DNA of 64,000 nt from Candidatus Moraniibacteriota bacterium. GTDB taxonomy: Bacteria; Patescibacteriota; Minisyncoccia; Moranbacterales; GCA-2747515. Positions 31,249-40,870 of the stretch are shown one piece after another. The position numbers were made by a program, and so were the translations under genes. The first letter of the stretch is position 1. Each line of letters starts with the position of its first letter. The notes beneath the pieces are model-generated. The model ran no database searches. It saw only the letters and a list, made by a program, of their open reading frames with translations, and was not told where the DNA came from. The stretch lies in assembly GCA_016699795.1 (NCBI GenBank), contig CP065011.1, positions 819,449 to 883,448 of the forward strand, given 5' to 3'.

Positions 31249-32775
31249 ATGAATATCGAATTATTACAAGCTTTAGTTGTCTGGAGAAAAAAGATAGCCC
31301 AAAGGGATGGTTTTCGCGAGCTTTATCGCATTTTTTCCAATAGCACTTTGGAAGAATTAGCTCGAAAAACTCCTCAAAATGAGTACGAATTGCTTAATAT
31401 AAAAGGCATAGGGCAAAAAAAATGCGAACGTTACAGTAAAGATATCCTGAAATTAGTAAAAGAAACAACATTTGAAAAAGAAGATGTTGTTTCTCAAAAA
31501 GAAAAATATAAAGAGGATTATGCTACAAAAGAAATAGAATGTGTTGGAGATTTTCTTGATCGTCTTAATCAATCGCTTGGGGTCAATCGAGGTCGGGTGA
31601 GGGGAGAAATAACTTCACTTCAATGGCGAGAAACCTGTGTATACTTTTCTCTAAAAGATGCTGAAAAAGATGCCATACTCCCTTGTTTTATGTGGTCATC
31701 AGATCTTTTGCTTTTTGGTTTAAATCTTTCAGAGGGTATGGAAATTATTGCTTTAGGTGTACCAAATATTTATAAACCTGTGGGAAAGATGACGTTTCGG
31801 GTTTCTGATATTGAATTAGTTGGAGAGGGAGCTCTTAAAATGGCCTACGAAGCTTTGAAAAAGAAGTTGGAAATAGAGGGTTTATTGGATGAAAAACGAA
31901 AAAAGAAACTTCCTGAATTTCCAAGGAAGGTGGGAATTATCACATCACTTCAAGGAGCTGTCATTCATGATTTTCTTAATAATGTATCTCATTATGGATT
32001 TCGATTTTTTTGTAGGGATACTCGGGTAGAGGGGCAATCAGCAGTTCGAGATTTACTTCAATCTCTTCGTGTATTCAAAAATCAAGATATTGACATTCTT
32101 GTAGTTATGCGTGGAGGAGGAAGTTTGGAGAGTTTGCAGGCATTTAATAACGAAATACTTATTCGAGAATTAGCAACGATGCCTTTTCCTGTTGTGGCAG
32201 CGATAGGACATCATCAAGACATGCCTTTATTTGCACTTGTTTCTGATAGTGCTGTTTCTACACCAACCGCCGCCGCTCATATTTTAGGAGAATGTTGGAA
32301 TAGTGCTAAAGTTCGCTTATTGGATATGGAACATTCTCTTTTTTCTTTCTTTGAAATCGCCTTAGAAAGACATCATCGAATACTGGATCGTTCTGGAAGT
32401 GATCTAGAAAAATACAGCACTACTATTATAGAAAGAATTACACAGGTTAGAAGAGCTCTTTATAAATGCAGTCTTCTTTTGGAAGCTCGCATCCAAATAT
32501 TAGGAAAAGAAATATGTGAAGGAAATAAACGTTTATTTACTTTATATGAGATGATTTTGATGCGTACCGAAGAAAAAATTGTGCAATATGAAAAATCTCT
32601 CTCTTCTCATGACCCCAAACGAATGCTTGCATTAGGTTACTCACTCATTCGAAAAGATGCTAAAATAATACGAAGTGTCGAAGACGTTTGCAAAAATGAA
32701 GAACTCGAAATAACTATGTATAACGGAAAAATAATTACTCAAGTAAAAAATATTACGTATGAAGGAAAAAAATAA
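31249..32775 (+). CDS. xseA: exodeoxyribonuclease VII large subunit with an N-terminal HRDC-like domain
   Basis: Residues ~95-508 match XseA (OB fold, VGIITSLQGAVIHDF core). The first ~85 aa look like an HRDC/HhH domain (LEELARKTPQNEYELLNIKGIGQKKCERY). Confidence 0.75.
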   Translation: MNIELLQALVVWRKKIAQRDGFRELYRIFSNSTLEELARKTPQNEYELLNIKGIGQKKCERYSKDILKLVKETTFEKEDVVSQKEKYKEDYATKEIECVGDFLDRLNQSLGVNRGRVRGEITSLQWRETCVYFSLKDAEKDAILPCFMWSSDLLLFGLNLSEGMEIIALGVPNIYKPVGKMTFRVSDIELVGEGALKMAYEALKKKLEIEGLLDEKRKKKLPEFPRKVGIITSLQGAVIHDFLNNVSHYGFRFFCRDTRVEGQSAVRDLLQSLRVFKNQDIDILVVMRGGGSLESLQAFNNEILIRELATMPFPVVAAIGHHQDMPLFALVSDSAVSTPTAAAHILGECWNSAKVRLLDMEHSLFSFFEIALERHHRILDRSGSDLEKYSTTIIERITQVRRALYKCSLLLEARIQILGKEICEGNKRLFTLYEMILMRTEEKIVQYEKSLSSHDPKRMLALGYSLIRKDAKIIRSVEDVCKNEELEITMYNGKIITQVKNITYEGKK

Positions 32776-32965
32776 TCTTACAGATTCGTTGAAAGAATTA
32801 GAAAAAATTATTTCTTGGTTTGAATTACAAAATGAAATCGATGTAGAAGAGGGTTTAAGAAGGGTTCAAGAAGGCGCGAAACTCGTTGAAAAGTGTCGAA
32901 AAAGACTTAAAGATGTAGAAAATGAGTTCAAAATAATTCGAGAAGATTTGAAAGATTCTGAATAA
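32759..32965 (+). CDS. xseB: exodeoxyribonuclease VII small subunit
   Basis: 68-aa coiled-coil protein overlapping the xseA stop; FEKALEELE-like core (LKELEKIISWFE). Confidence 0.7.
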   Translation: MKEKNNLTDSLKELEKIISWFELQNEIDVEEGLRRVQEGAKLVEKCRKRLKDVENEFKIIREDLKDSE

Positions 32966-33149
32966 TTTTCTTTCAAGAAAATATTTATTTGACGATTAGG
33001 CTGTTTTTTGCTATCTTGTTCTCGTAAGGTTTCTCGGGTTTCGAGTCGATTCGAAAACGACGTATGGCGTCTTAGTATATTCGATCGGCGTTTTGTTAAG
33101 GGCTACGGGAAAGGGTCGACTTACGTTCGTAAATCAAGAAGATGTTTAC

Positions 33150-33407
33150 ATGAACAAAAGACTTTACGTTGGAGGTATTCCCTACAGCTCTACGGAGGAT
33201 GGTCTCAAAGACACGTTCTCCCAAGCCGGTGAAGTTACTTCCGTTCGCATTATTCTCGATAGAATGACTGGGCGATCTCGTGGTTTTGGTTTTGTCGAAA
33301 TGGCAACCGAAGATGAGGCTCAGAAAGCTATTGAGTTGTTTGATGGCAAGGAATTCGAAGGAAGAACCCTCGTTGTCAACGAAGCGCGATCGGACGAAAG
33401 ACGATAG
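33150..33407 (+). CDS. RNA-binding protein with an RRM domain
   Basis: RNP-2 (LYVGGIP) and RNP-1 (RGFGFVEM) motifs; start taken at the Met at 33150. Confidence 0.75.
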   Translation: MNKRLYVGGIPYSSTEDGLKDTFSQAGEVTSVRIILDRMTGRSRGFGFVEMATEDEAQKAIELFDGKEFEGRTLVVNEARSDERR

Positions 33408-33443
33408 ATTTCGTTTTCTAAGTCCGTAGAAAAAATCTAAGAT

Positions 33444-33477
33444 AAACGAGGTGACGCCACCTCGTTTTTTCTTTTTT
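33444..33477 (+). terminator. rho-independent terminator after the RRM gene
   Basis: AAACGAGGTG-acgc-CACCTCGTTT hairpin followed by TTTTTT. Confidence 0.55.
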
Positions 33478-33682
33478 TGTTTTGTCTGAATTTTTTAGAA
33501 TTCTTGCTCGAGATTTCATTCTTTGGTATAGTGTTTTTGCAGATAGGTTTGTTGTTTGTAAAATAATTGTGAAGATACGCGAATTTTTTGGTATTTTTAG
33601 AAAAAATCGAAGTAAACAACAAGAATACGAATATTAGTTTTTATCGAAAAAAGGAATTACAAAGAAAGAGAAAAACATAGTT

Positions 33683-34024
33683 ATGAAAATATTCTCATTT
33701 TTTCTTGGTATTATTTCCATTTTCGGTTTAAGCGGAACTGTTTTATTTCTTGATCCAGAAAGTAAAACACTCCTTCCGTTTATAGCTTTTTATGGAAGTT
33801 TTTTTCTTTTTATTTTTTCTTTTTTTCTTTTTTTTCTTTTGAAAAAGCAATCTGCTGACGTGACAAAAGCTGTTCGTCAGAGTATACTATTAGGACTTCT
33901 TGCTTGTGGAATTCTTTTTCTTCAACAATGGAGGATTTTAAGTTGGTGGAGTTCTGGAATCATTGTTTTTGGCATATGTCTTTTGGAGTTAGGTTTTTCC
34001 GCCTTCTCTTTTCAAGAAGAATAG
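33683..34024 (+). CDS. small multi-pass membrane hypothetical protein
   Basis: 113 aa with about three hydrophobic helices; the DNA region is low-complexity T-rich. Confidence 0.3.
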   Translation: MKIFSFFLGIISIFGLSGTVLFLDPESKTLLPFIAFYGSFFLFIFSFFLFFLLKKQSADVTKAVRQSILLGLLACGILFLQQWRILSWWSSGIIVFGICLLELGFSAFSFQEE

Positions 34025-34060
34025 AGAAAAAAAATAATTGAATAGAATGTTGACTCGGGT

Positions 34061-36058
34061 ATGGTTGAAAAAAATGTAAAGAAAGAGCAGGAATATGGAG
34101 CAAAATCCATTCAAGTTTTAGAAGGATTGGACCCAGTTCGTAAGCGCCCAGGAATGTATATAGGAGGAACTTCTCTTGAGGGGCTTCATCATTTGATATG
34201 GGAAATTGTTAATAACTCTATAGATGAAGCTATAGCAGGACATTGTAAAAATATTTTTATTAGACTTCTTCCTGATAATACTGTGGAAATCGGAGATGAT
34301 GGTCGAGGTATTCCCGTAGAAAAACATCCTCAGACTGGAAAATCTACGTTGGAAACGGTTCTTACTATTTTGCATGCTGGAGGAAAATTTGGTGGTGGTG
34401 GTTATAAAATATCAGGAGGTCTTCATGGTGTTGGTATATCAGTTGTAAACGCTCTTTCTGTGTGGCTTCGTGCTGATATTCATCGAGAGGGATCAGTTTT
34501 TTCTCAAGAATATTCACAAGGAAAGCCCTCTGCTGATTTGAAAAAAATAGGAACATCTACAAAAACTGGAACGATTATAGCATTTCGACCTGATCCAGAG
34601 ATATTTCCCGAGATAAAATTTCAATGGAAAAGAATACTTGATTATGTTCGTTGGCAAGCGTATTTAACGAGGGGTGTTAAGATAGAAATATACGATGAAA
34701 GAAAAAAAGAAGAAAAAGGCATTCGCCGTTACGCATTTTCTTTTGATGCTGGGATTATTTCATTTGTTGAGTTTCTCAATCGATCTCAAGAGACGAAACA
34801 TCGATATCCTATTTATATATATAAAGAAGTAGAAAGTTCTATTGTAGAAGCAGCTATCCAATATACAGATGGCTACAAAGAACATTTATATTCTTTTGCT
34901 AATAATATTTATAATCCTGAAGGCGGTACCCATGTTACGGGATTCAAAATGGCGCTCACAAGAGTTCTTAATGACTATGCTAAAAAGAATAACCTTTTAA
35001 AAGAAAAAGATGGTGCGTTCACTTCTGACGATCTTAGAGAAGGCTTAACCGCTGTTTTGAGTGTAAAACTTACAGATCCTCAATTTGAGGGTCAAACAAA
35101 AGCAAAGCTCGGAAACGGAGAAATGAGAGGTCTTGTTTCTAATGCTATCGCAGAAGGATTATCTGATTATTTGGAAAGTCATCCCGCAGAAGCGAAGGCA
35201 ATACTTGAAAAATGTCTTTTGACAGTAAGGGCTCGCGTAGCTGCTCGCGCTGCAAAAGATGCTGTACTTCGAAAAGGCGCCTTGGAAGGAATGGCACTCC
35301 CAGGAAAACTAGCTGATTGTTCGACGAAAAAAGCAAGTGAATCAGAGGTATTTATCGTAGAGGGAGATTCTGCTGGTGGTAGTGCCAAACAGGGGAGAAA
35401 TAGACGATATCAGGCTATACTTCCACTTCGAGGAAAATTAGTAAATGTTGAGAAAACGACATTAGATAAAATAGTTAAGTCTGATACCCTCAAACCTATT
35501 ATTATTGCTCTCGGAACAGGTATAGGAGACACTTTTGATGTGAGTAGATTACGATATCATAAAATAATCATCATGGCGGATGCTGATGTGGACGGTGCTC
35601 ATATTAGAACTCTACTATTGACGTTTTTTTATAGGTATTTTGAAGAACTTATTCAACAAGGGTTTGTTTATATCGCTCAACCGCCATTGTATAGGCTTCA
35701 AAAAGGAAGGACGATAAAATTTGTGTATACAGAAGAAGAAAAAATAGAAGCACTTAAAAAATTTGGTATCAAAGAAAGTCTTTTGAACGAAGAGGATTCT
35801 CAAGCAGAAGCTTCCAATGAAAATCAAGAGAGTGTTGGAGGGGTAAATATCCAGAGATATAAAGGTTTGGGAGAAATGAACCCGGAACTTCTGTGGCAAA
35901 CCACTATGAATCCGGATACAAGAATGATGTACCGAGTAACTATTCAAGATGCACAAGAAGCTGATAGAGTATTTGAAATTCTTATGGGAAAGGAAGTTGC
36001 TCCAAGAAAGAGTTTTATACAAACCCATGCTAAACGTGTAAAAAATCTTGATGTTTAA
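34061..36058 (+). CDS. gyrB: DNA gyrase subunit B
   Basis: GHKL ATPase motifs (LHHLIWEIVNNSIDEA, GLHGVG), a Toprim domain (EGDSAGGSA), and MADADVDGAHIRTLLLTFF; 665 aa. Confidence 0.85.
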   Translation: MVEKNVKKEQEYGAKSIQVLEGLDPVRKRPGMYIGGTSLEGLHHLIWEIVNNSIDEAIAGHCKNIFIRLLPDNTVEIGDDGRGIPVEKHPQTGKSTLETVLTILHAGGKFGGGGYKISGGLHGVGISVVNALSVWLRADIHREGSVFSQEYSQGKPSADLKKIGTSTKTGTIIAFRPDPEIFPEIKFQWKRILDYVRWQAYLTRGVKIEIYDERKKEEKGIRRYAFSFDAGIISFVEFLNRSQETKHRYPIYIYKEVESSIVEAAIQYTDGYKEHLYSFANNIYNPEGGTHVTGFKMALTRVLNDYAKKNNLLKEKDGAFTSDDLREGLTAVLSVKLTDPQFEGQTKAKLGNGEMRGLVSNAIAEGLSDYLESHPAEAKAILEKCLLTVRARVAARAAKDAVLRKGALEGMALPGKLADCSTKKASESEVFIVEGDSAGGSAKQGRNRRYQAILPLRGKLVNVEKTTLDKIVKSDTLKPIIIALGTGIGDTFDVSRLRYHKIIIMADADVDGAHIRTLLLTFFYRYFEELIQQGFVYIAQPPLYRLQKGRTIKFVYTEEEKIEALKKFGIKESLLNEEDSQAEASNENQESVGGVNIQRYKGLGEMNPELLWQTTMNPDTRMMYRVTIQDAQEADRVFEILMGKEVAPRKSFIQTHAKRVKNLDV

Positions 36059-36083
36059 TACTTAGAAAAATAGTAGAAATATT

Positions 36084-36120
36084 AAAAAACATCCTTTTAT
36101 AAAAGGATGTTTTTTAAAAA
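36084..36120. terminator. bidirectional terminator between gyrB and rpmB
   Basis: ACATCCTTTT-at-AAAAGGATGT hairpin flanked by A-runs and T-runs on both sides. Confidence 0.55.
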
Positions 36121-36135
36121 CTAAAAACGAGGAAA

Positions 36136-36318
36136 CTATTTAGTTTCTTGTTTGGCAAGTGTTCGAATACAACTCGTACATAATCGAATAGTTTTTCCTT
36201 CGATTTTTTTCGTTTGAATATTAGCACCGAATCGTCGTCTTGTGGCAATGTTTGAGTGACTTCTCTTATTTCCTGTTCTTGCCGTTTTGTCACACATTTG
36301 GCATTTTTTTTGACTCAT
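36136..36318 (-). CDS. rpmB: 50S ribosomal protein L28
   Basis: MSQKKCQMCDKTARTGNKRSHSNIATRRRFGANIQ matches the L28 signature. The start is taken at the internal Met. Confidence 0.75.
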   Translation of the reverse strand: MSQKKCQMCDKTARTGNKRSHSNIATRRRFGANIQTKKIEGKTIRLCTSCIRTLAKQETK

Positions 36319-36602
36319 ATTCATTCTTTCCATTGATTTATACGAAAACATCGTATAGAGTTATAACATAGGGATTGTTAAAACGCAAGTCTTTATTCTC
36401 GAAGGTAAGATGAATAAAATAGAAGATCCTTTCTATATTTGAGAAAATATAGAAAATACTGTGAAAATTTGAAAATTTATGTTGTGTTTTTTGAAAGAAT
36501 TATGAATAAAAGAATACTTTTTGAAGTAATATTTAAGACTCATTTTTTGTCTTAAATAAAGTATTTTTTATTATTATAACTTATTATTTTTTTCCATAGT
36601 CT

Positions 36603-37298
36603 ATGAGCAATGAATTAATCCTTATTGGTTTCTATGTTCTTATTCTTATTTATAGTATTATCCTTCATGAGATTTCTCATGGATGGGTTGCTTTGTGGTT
36701 AGGAGATGTTACTGCTAAATATGCAGGAAGATTAAGTTTAAATCCAAAAAGTCACATAGATCCCATTGGTTCAATTCTTGTTCCTATAATGCTCCTTCTT
36801 GTTTCGGGTGGAAAAATGGCATTTGGTTGGGCAAAACCAGTTCCTTACAATCCTAATAATCTTCGAGATAGAAAAAAAGGAGAGCTTCTTGTGGCTCTTT
36901 CTGGACCTGCTACGAATCTTTTATTGGCAATTGTCGCAGTGATTCTTTCTTATTTAATAAATCTTTCTTCTGTTACAAAAAAAGAAATGATTTATAATCT
37001 TAATGATTGGGAAAAAATAACACAAATGCTTTCGGGTTCATTTGAATCCATCGCATTTATTCTTCTTGTCTATGTAGTTTTTTGGAATGTTATTTTAGCT
37101 TTTTTTAACCTTATTCCTATTCCTCCGTTAGATGGTTCTAAAATTCTTTATGCTCTTTTTCCTCTTGATATAAAAACAAAAATTTTTCTAGAACAATATG
37201 GCTTTTTTATTCTTCTTTTTATTATGATTTTCTTTGGAGGTTTAATAAATGGTCTTATGTCATGGGCATTAAATATTTTCTTTTCACTCATGATTTGA
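36603..37298 (+). CDS. site-2 protease family (peptidase M50) zinc metalloprotease
   Basis: HEISH zinc-binding motif in the first transmembrane segment and LDGSKIL (the conserved LDG motif); multi-pass membrane protein. Confidence 0.55.
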   Translation: MSNELILIGFYVLILIYSIILHEISHGWVALWLGDVTAKYAGRLSLNPKSHIDPIGSILVPIMLLLVSGGKMAFGWAKPVPYNPNNLRDRKKGELLVALSGPATNLLLAIVAVILSYLINLSSVTKKEMIYNLNDWEKITQMLSGSFESIAFILLVYVVFWNVILAFFNLIPIPPLDGSKILYALFPLDIKTKIFLEQYGFFILLFIMIFFGGLINGLMSWALNIFFSLMI

Positions 37299-37372
37299 TC
37301 TTGAGGAGAAATTTTTCCTATAGAAAAACTACATTGAGATTTTTTATTAAAAAATGAAATCATAAAAAACAG

Positions 37373-37403
37373 AAGACTCTTCCTGAGGGAGGAGTCTTTT
37401 TTG
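37373..37403 (+). terminator. rho-independent terminator after the M50 protease gene
   Basis: AGACTCTTCC-tgag-GGAGGAGTCT hairpin followed by TTTTTT. Confidence 0.5.
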
Positions 37404-37552
37404 AAGGAATGTGTTTTGGGGAGACTTGTCGTTACCTGCGTAATGTATTGATTGTCAAAAAAATATATGGTAAAATTTATTTACTAAATAATTAATAAGG
37501 ATTATAATTTTCTTTTTAATAAAAATGAAGGAAAGAAAAAATCATTGTATAT

Positions 37553-37873
37553 ATGGAAGTAGTATTTACGGATGGTAATTTTGATGAAGAAGTTCTTAAA
37601 AGTAATGTTCCCGTTTTAGTCGATTTTTGGGCTCCATGGTGCGGACCTTGTCAAATGATGAGTCCAGTAATCGAAGACCTTGCTAAAGAAATGGAAGGAA
37701 AAGCAAAAATAGGAAAATTGAACGTAGATGAAAATCCTGAAAAGGCAAGTCAATATGGAATTATGTCCATTCCTACTCTTAAAATTTTCAAAGATGGTCA
37801 GATCGTAAAAGAAATGACAGGGGTACAATCTCTTGATTTTCTTAAAGAATCTCTCCAGTCTTTTTCAAAGTAA
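37553..37873 (+). CDS. trxA: thioredoxin
   Basis: WAPWCGPC active site; 106 aa. Confidence 0.9.
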   Translation: MEVVFTDGNFDEEVLKSNVPVLVDFWAPWCGPCQMMSPVIEDLAKEMEGKAKIGKLNVDENPEKASQYGIMSIPTLKIFKDGQIVKEMTGVQSLDFLKESLQSFSK

Positions 37874-37899
37874 TTTCAGCGTATTAAGAAAAAGAAAAA

Positions 37900-38340
37900 A
37901 TGAAAATAGAAACACAAACAATAAAGTTTGAAACGAAATCACAAATAGATTTTATTGACATTACAGAACAAGTTCAAAATATCATTGAAAAAAGTGGTGT
38001 TCGTGAAGGAATAGTTCTTGTTTTTTCTTCTCATACTACGATGGGTGTGTGTATTAATCACAATGAACCACTTCTTCTTCAGGATTTTATGTCTATGATG
38101 TACCGACTTTCTCCTGTAGATAATAGATATAATCATGATCTCTTTGAATTAAAGAAAAAAATAAAGAGTGATGGACGAAGTAATGGTCATTCTCACTGCA
38201 AAGATCTTCTTGTTGGGAATAGTGAAACAATTCCAATAGAAAGAGGAGTGGTATCTTTGGGACGATGGCAAAGTATATTCGCTGTAGAATTTGATGGATC
38301 CAGAAAGCGAGATATTGTTGTTCAAATAATGGGAGAATAA
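37900..38340 (+). CDS. YjbQ/UPF0047 family protein
   Basis: The pattern HTTMGVCINHNEP...GHSHCKDLLVG...LGRWQSIFAVEFDG fits the YjbQ family; 146 aa. Confidence 0.55.
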   Translation: MKIETQTIKFETKSQIDFIDITEQVQNIIEKSGVREGIVLVFSSHTTMGVCINHNEPLLLQDFMSMMYRLSPVDNRYNHDLFELKKKIKSDGRSNGHSHCKDLLVGNSETIPIERGVVSLGRWQSIFAVEFDGSRKRDIVVQIMGE

Positions 38341-38350
38341 ATTTTCTTAT

Positions 38351-38977
38351 TTGTTTTTTATGAGTCAATTGGTAAACAATCTTATTCTTAAAGGATATCT
38401 TTTGACTGATAGAGTAGTAGATGCTTTCTCAGAAATTCAACGAGTTGAATTTCTTTCTGATGAGTTTTCTCAATTTTCAGATGCAGAAATTTCTCTTCCC
38501 GCTGGCTTTGGAAGAACTATGATTCAGCCACAAGTAGCTGCCACTATGATTGAACTCCTTGATGTGGGACAGGGACAAAAAGTTCTTGAAATTGCCAGTG
38601 CTTCTGGGTGGATAACTTCAATTCTTGCTTACATAGTAGGAAAAGAAGGAAAAATTATTGGTATTGAAGAATCTTCAGGTTTAGTAGAACTTGCTCGCGA
38701 AAATGTTGATAAATACCAGTTCATAACGAGAAAACAAGTGGAAATACAACAATGCGATATTCAAAAGGGATATCCCAAAGAAGCTCCTTATGATAGAATA
38801 ATGGTCAATATTAGTTTCGATCATATCCCTGATGTTTTTCTTGAACAGCTTCAATGTAATGGTGTTATAGTCATGCCTTTATATAATGGAATTTGGCGTA
38901 TTTCTAAGGATAAAGATGGAAATATTAAGAAAGAATCCTATGCGGGATTTTCTTTTTTATCCGATGAAGGAAGGTGA
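38351..38977 (+). CDS. pcm: protein-L-isoaspartate O-methyltransferase-like SAM methyltransferase
   Basis: SAM motif I VLEIASASGW with PCMT-like flanking blocks; 208 aa. Confidence 0.5.
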   Translation: MFFMSQLVNNLILKGYLLTDRVVDAFSEIQRVEFLSDEFSQFSDAEISLPAGFGRTMIQPQVAATMIELLDVGQGQKVLEIASASGWITSILAYIVGKEGKIIGIEESSGLVELARENVDKYQFITRKQVEIQQCDIQKGYPKEAPYDRIMVNISFDHIPDVFLEQLQCNGVIVMPLYNGIWRISKDKDGNIKKESYAGFSFLSDEGR

Positions 38978-40029
38978 TAGAGAATAAAAATATGAAAATA
39001 GTAAAAATAATTATTTTTCTTCTATTTACGCTTTGTTTTTTTGTATATCTGAGCATATTTCATTTATATAAAAAAGATATTGCTTATCAAGGATCTGAAC
39101 CTCTCCTTATCACTATTCAAGAAGGATCAAATGTTCTTGATATTGCGCGTGAGTTAAAGAAACAACGATTAATAAGCTCCGAATGGGCTTTTATTATAGG
39201 AACATGGAGTGATGATCTGAGAGGTAAATTTTTTGCGGGAGAATTTTCAATTAAACCAGGCCTTTCTAGTATGGACATCGCCTATATTTTGACAGATGAA
39301 AAATTAGGAAGAAAAAAAGATGTTCAAAATCAAATAACTTTTCCTGAAGGTTGGACATCTCGTCAGATGGCAGATAGATTGACCGCAAAAGGTTTTCGAG
39401 GAGAAGAATTCTTCAAACTTACCCAAAACCCTTCGCAAGAAATACTTGAAAAATTTCTTTTCCTTTCCTCCTTGCCACAAGGAAGATCTCTCGAAGGCTT
39501 TCTTTTTCCAGATACTTATATTTTTGCTTCTGATGACAGGGCGCAGGATATTATAGAAATGCTTTTAGAGACATTTGAGAAAAAAGTTTTTCGTGTTCAT
39601 AAAGATGCTTTTTATTCAGACGGAATATTTGATCAAAATGCTTTTTATGAAAAGGTTATTCTTGCAAGTATTTTGGAAGGAGAAGTTCGTGTAGATAGAG
39701 ATAGAAAAATTGTGAGTGGTATTTTTCAAAAACGATTAACTTCCAATATGCGACTTCAGAGTTGTGCTACGGTCGCTTATGCTTTGGGAGAAAGAAAAGT
39801 TCAATATACGGCAGAGGATTTAACAGTGGATTCTCCTTATAATACCTATACTCATGATGGCTTACCACCCGGACCAGTATCTAATCCATCCCTAAATTCT
39901 CTTGAGGCGGCATTTTTTCCAGAAAAATCGGAATATTTATTTTTCTTAAACGATCCTGAAACAGGAGATACGTATTTCGCAAAAAATTTTGAGGAGCATA
40001 AAATAAATAAAGAAAAAACGGGATTGTAA
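38974..40029 (+). CDS. mltG: endolytic murein transglycosylase MltG (YceG family)
   Basis: N-terminal transmembrane segment, the YceG-like domain, and the conserved C-terminal block GLPPGPVSNP...YLFFLNDPETGDTYFAKNFEEH. Confidence 0.8.
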   Translation: MIENKNMKIVKIIIFLLFTLCFFVYLSIFHLYKKDIAYQGSEPLLITIQEGSNVLDIARELKKQRLISSEWAFIIGTWSDDLRGKFFAGEFSIKPGLSSMDIAYILTDEKLGRKKDVQNQITFPEGWTSRQMADRLTAKGFRGEEFFKLTQNPSQEILEKFLFLSSLPQGRSLEGFLFPDTYIFASDDRAQDIIEMLLETFEKKVFRVHKDAFYSDGIFDQNAFYEKVILASILEGEVRVDRDRKIVSGIFQKRLTSNMRLQSCATVAYALGERKVQYTAEDLTVDSPYNTYTHDGLPPGPVSNPSLNSLEAAFFPEKSEYLFFLNDPETGDTYFAKNFEEHKINKEKTGL

Positions 40030-40870
40030 ATGTATTTTTTGATGTACATTTAACACTAATGAGTTTATTTCTTACTGTTCTATTTGTAGTAAATTATTCT
40101 TTTAATCTAAAGTTAAGGAAGAATACAATATTATTAATAAATAAATTATTTTGAAACATATTTTTTTGAAAGTGTAAGTACGAGTCTTTCCAACTGGGAA
40201 GGATTTTTCTTTAGAACTAATTGTTTTTATAATAGTGACGATAACAGATACAAATGAAAAAGTTGAACACTTTTATAGAATATTCGAGGATAGAATTTTA
40301 AAATTTAGATTTATTGCAACTGAACCACTTAATGTTACGCAACAATATAAGTTAAATAAACTTCCGTATTATTAAAAAAGAGACGTCGAGTGTTTGAATA
40401 TAGGAAACAAAAGTTCTCATCTATAAAGATTTCGAAACTTTGTAAATGTAAATTTGACGCTGTAATGTAACATTTGTGGACAAGTTTGATTTTTTGTGGG
40501 ATAAAGGAGATGAAAATATTTTAAAAGAGGAGGAAATTAGTTATGGCAACCTTGTCTTTTTTGGAATTTGCTCAAGAAGAAGAAGTGAGATCTTCGATTC
40601 AAGAAAAAAAAATAAGAATAATTCTTGAACCTTCCTCATCTGAGTACTCGTCGAGCTTAAACGAAGAAATGGTGAGAAAATTTCTGACCATCATGTATGG
40701 TGAGGATAAAAAATTAAATGATTTCATTTGAAATGAAACTCTTTACGCCTTCAATGAAGGCTTTTTTCTTTTTCTTCAAGGGAGGAAAAAATTTTTACTC
40801 CTTGACAATACTTCAATTATATTTTATTTTGTTTCTATACGTATGAAACTGATTAAAGACCTGTAAAACA

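Noticed and set aside
33008-33232. 74-aa ORF overlapping the leader and start of the RRM protein gene
   Set aside because: It is out of frame with the RNP motifs. The RRM frame, with RNP-1 and RNP-2, explains the region.
36352-36602. Possible ncRNA in the 250-bp divergent gap between rpmB and the M50 protease gene
   Set aside because: It is AT-rich with no recognisable conserved RNA motif and is most simply explained as two divergent promoters.
40543-40731. 62-aa ORF in the long AT-rich gap
   Set aside because: It does have an RBS-like AAGAGGAGG upstream, but it is short, has no similarity or partner context, and cannot be supported as a gene from sequence alone. It is mentioned in findings only as uncertain.
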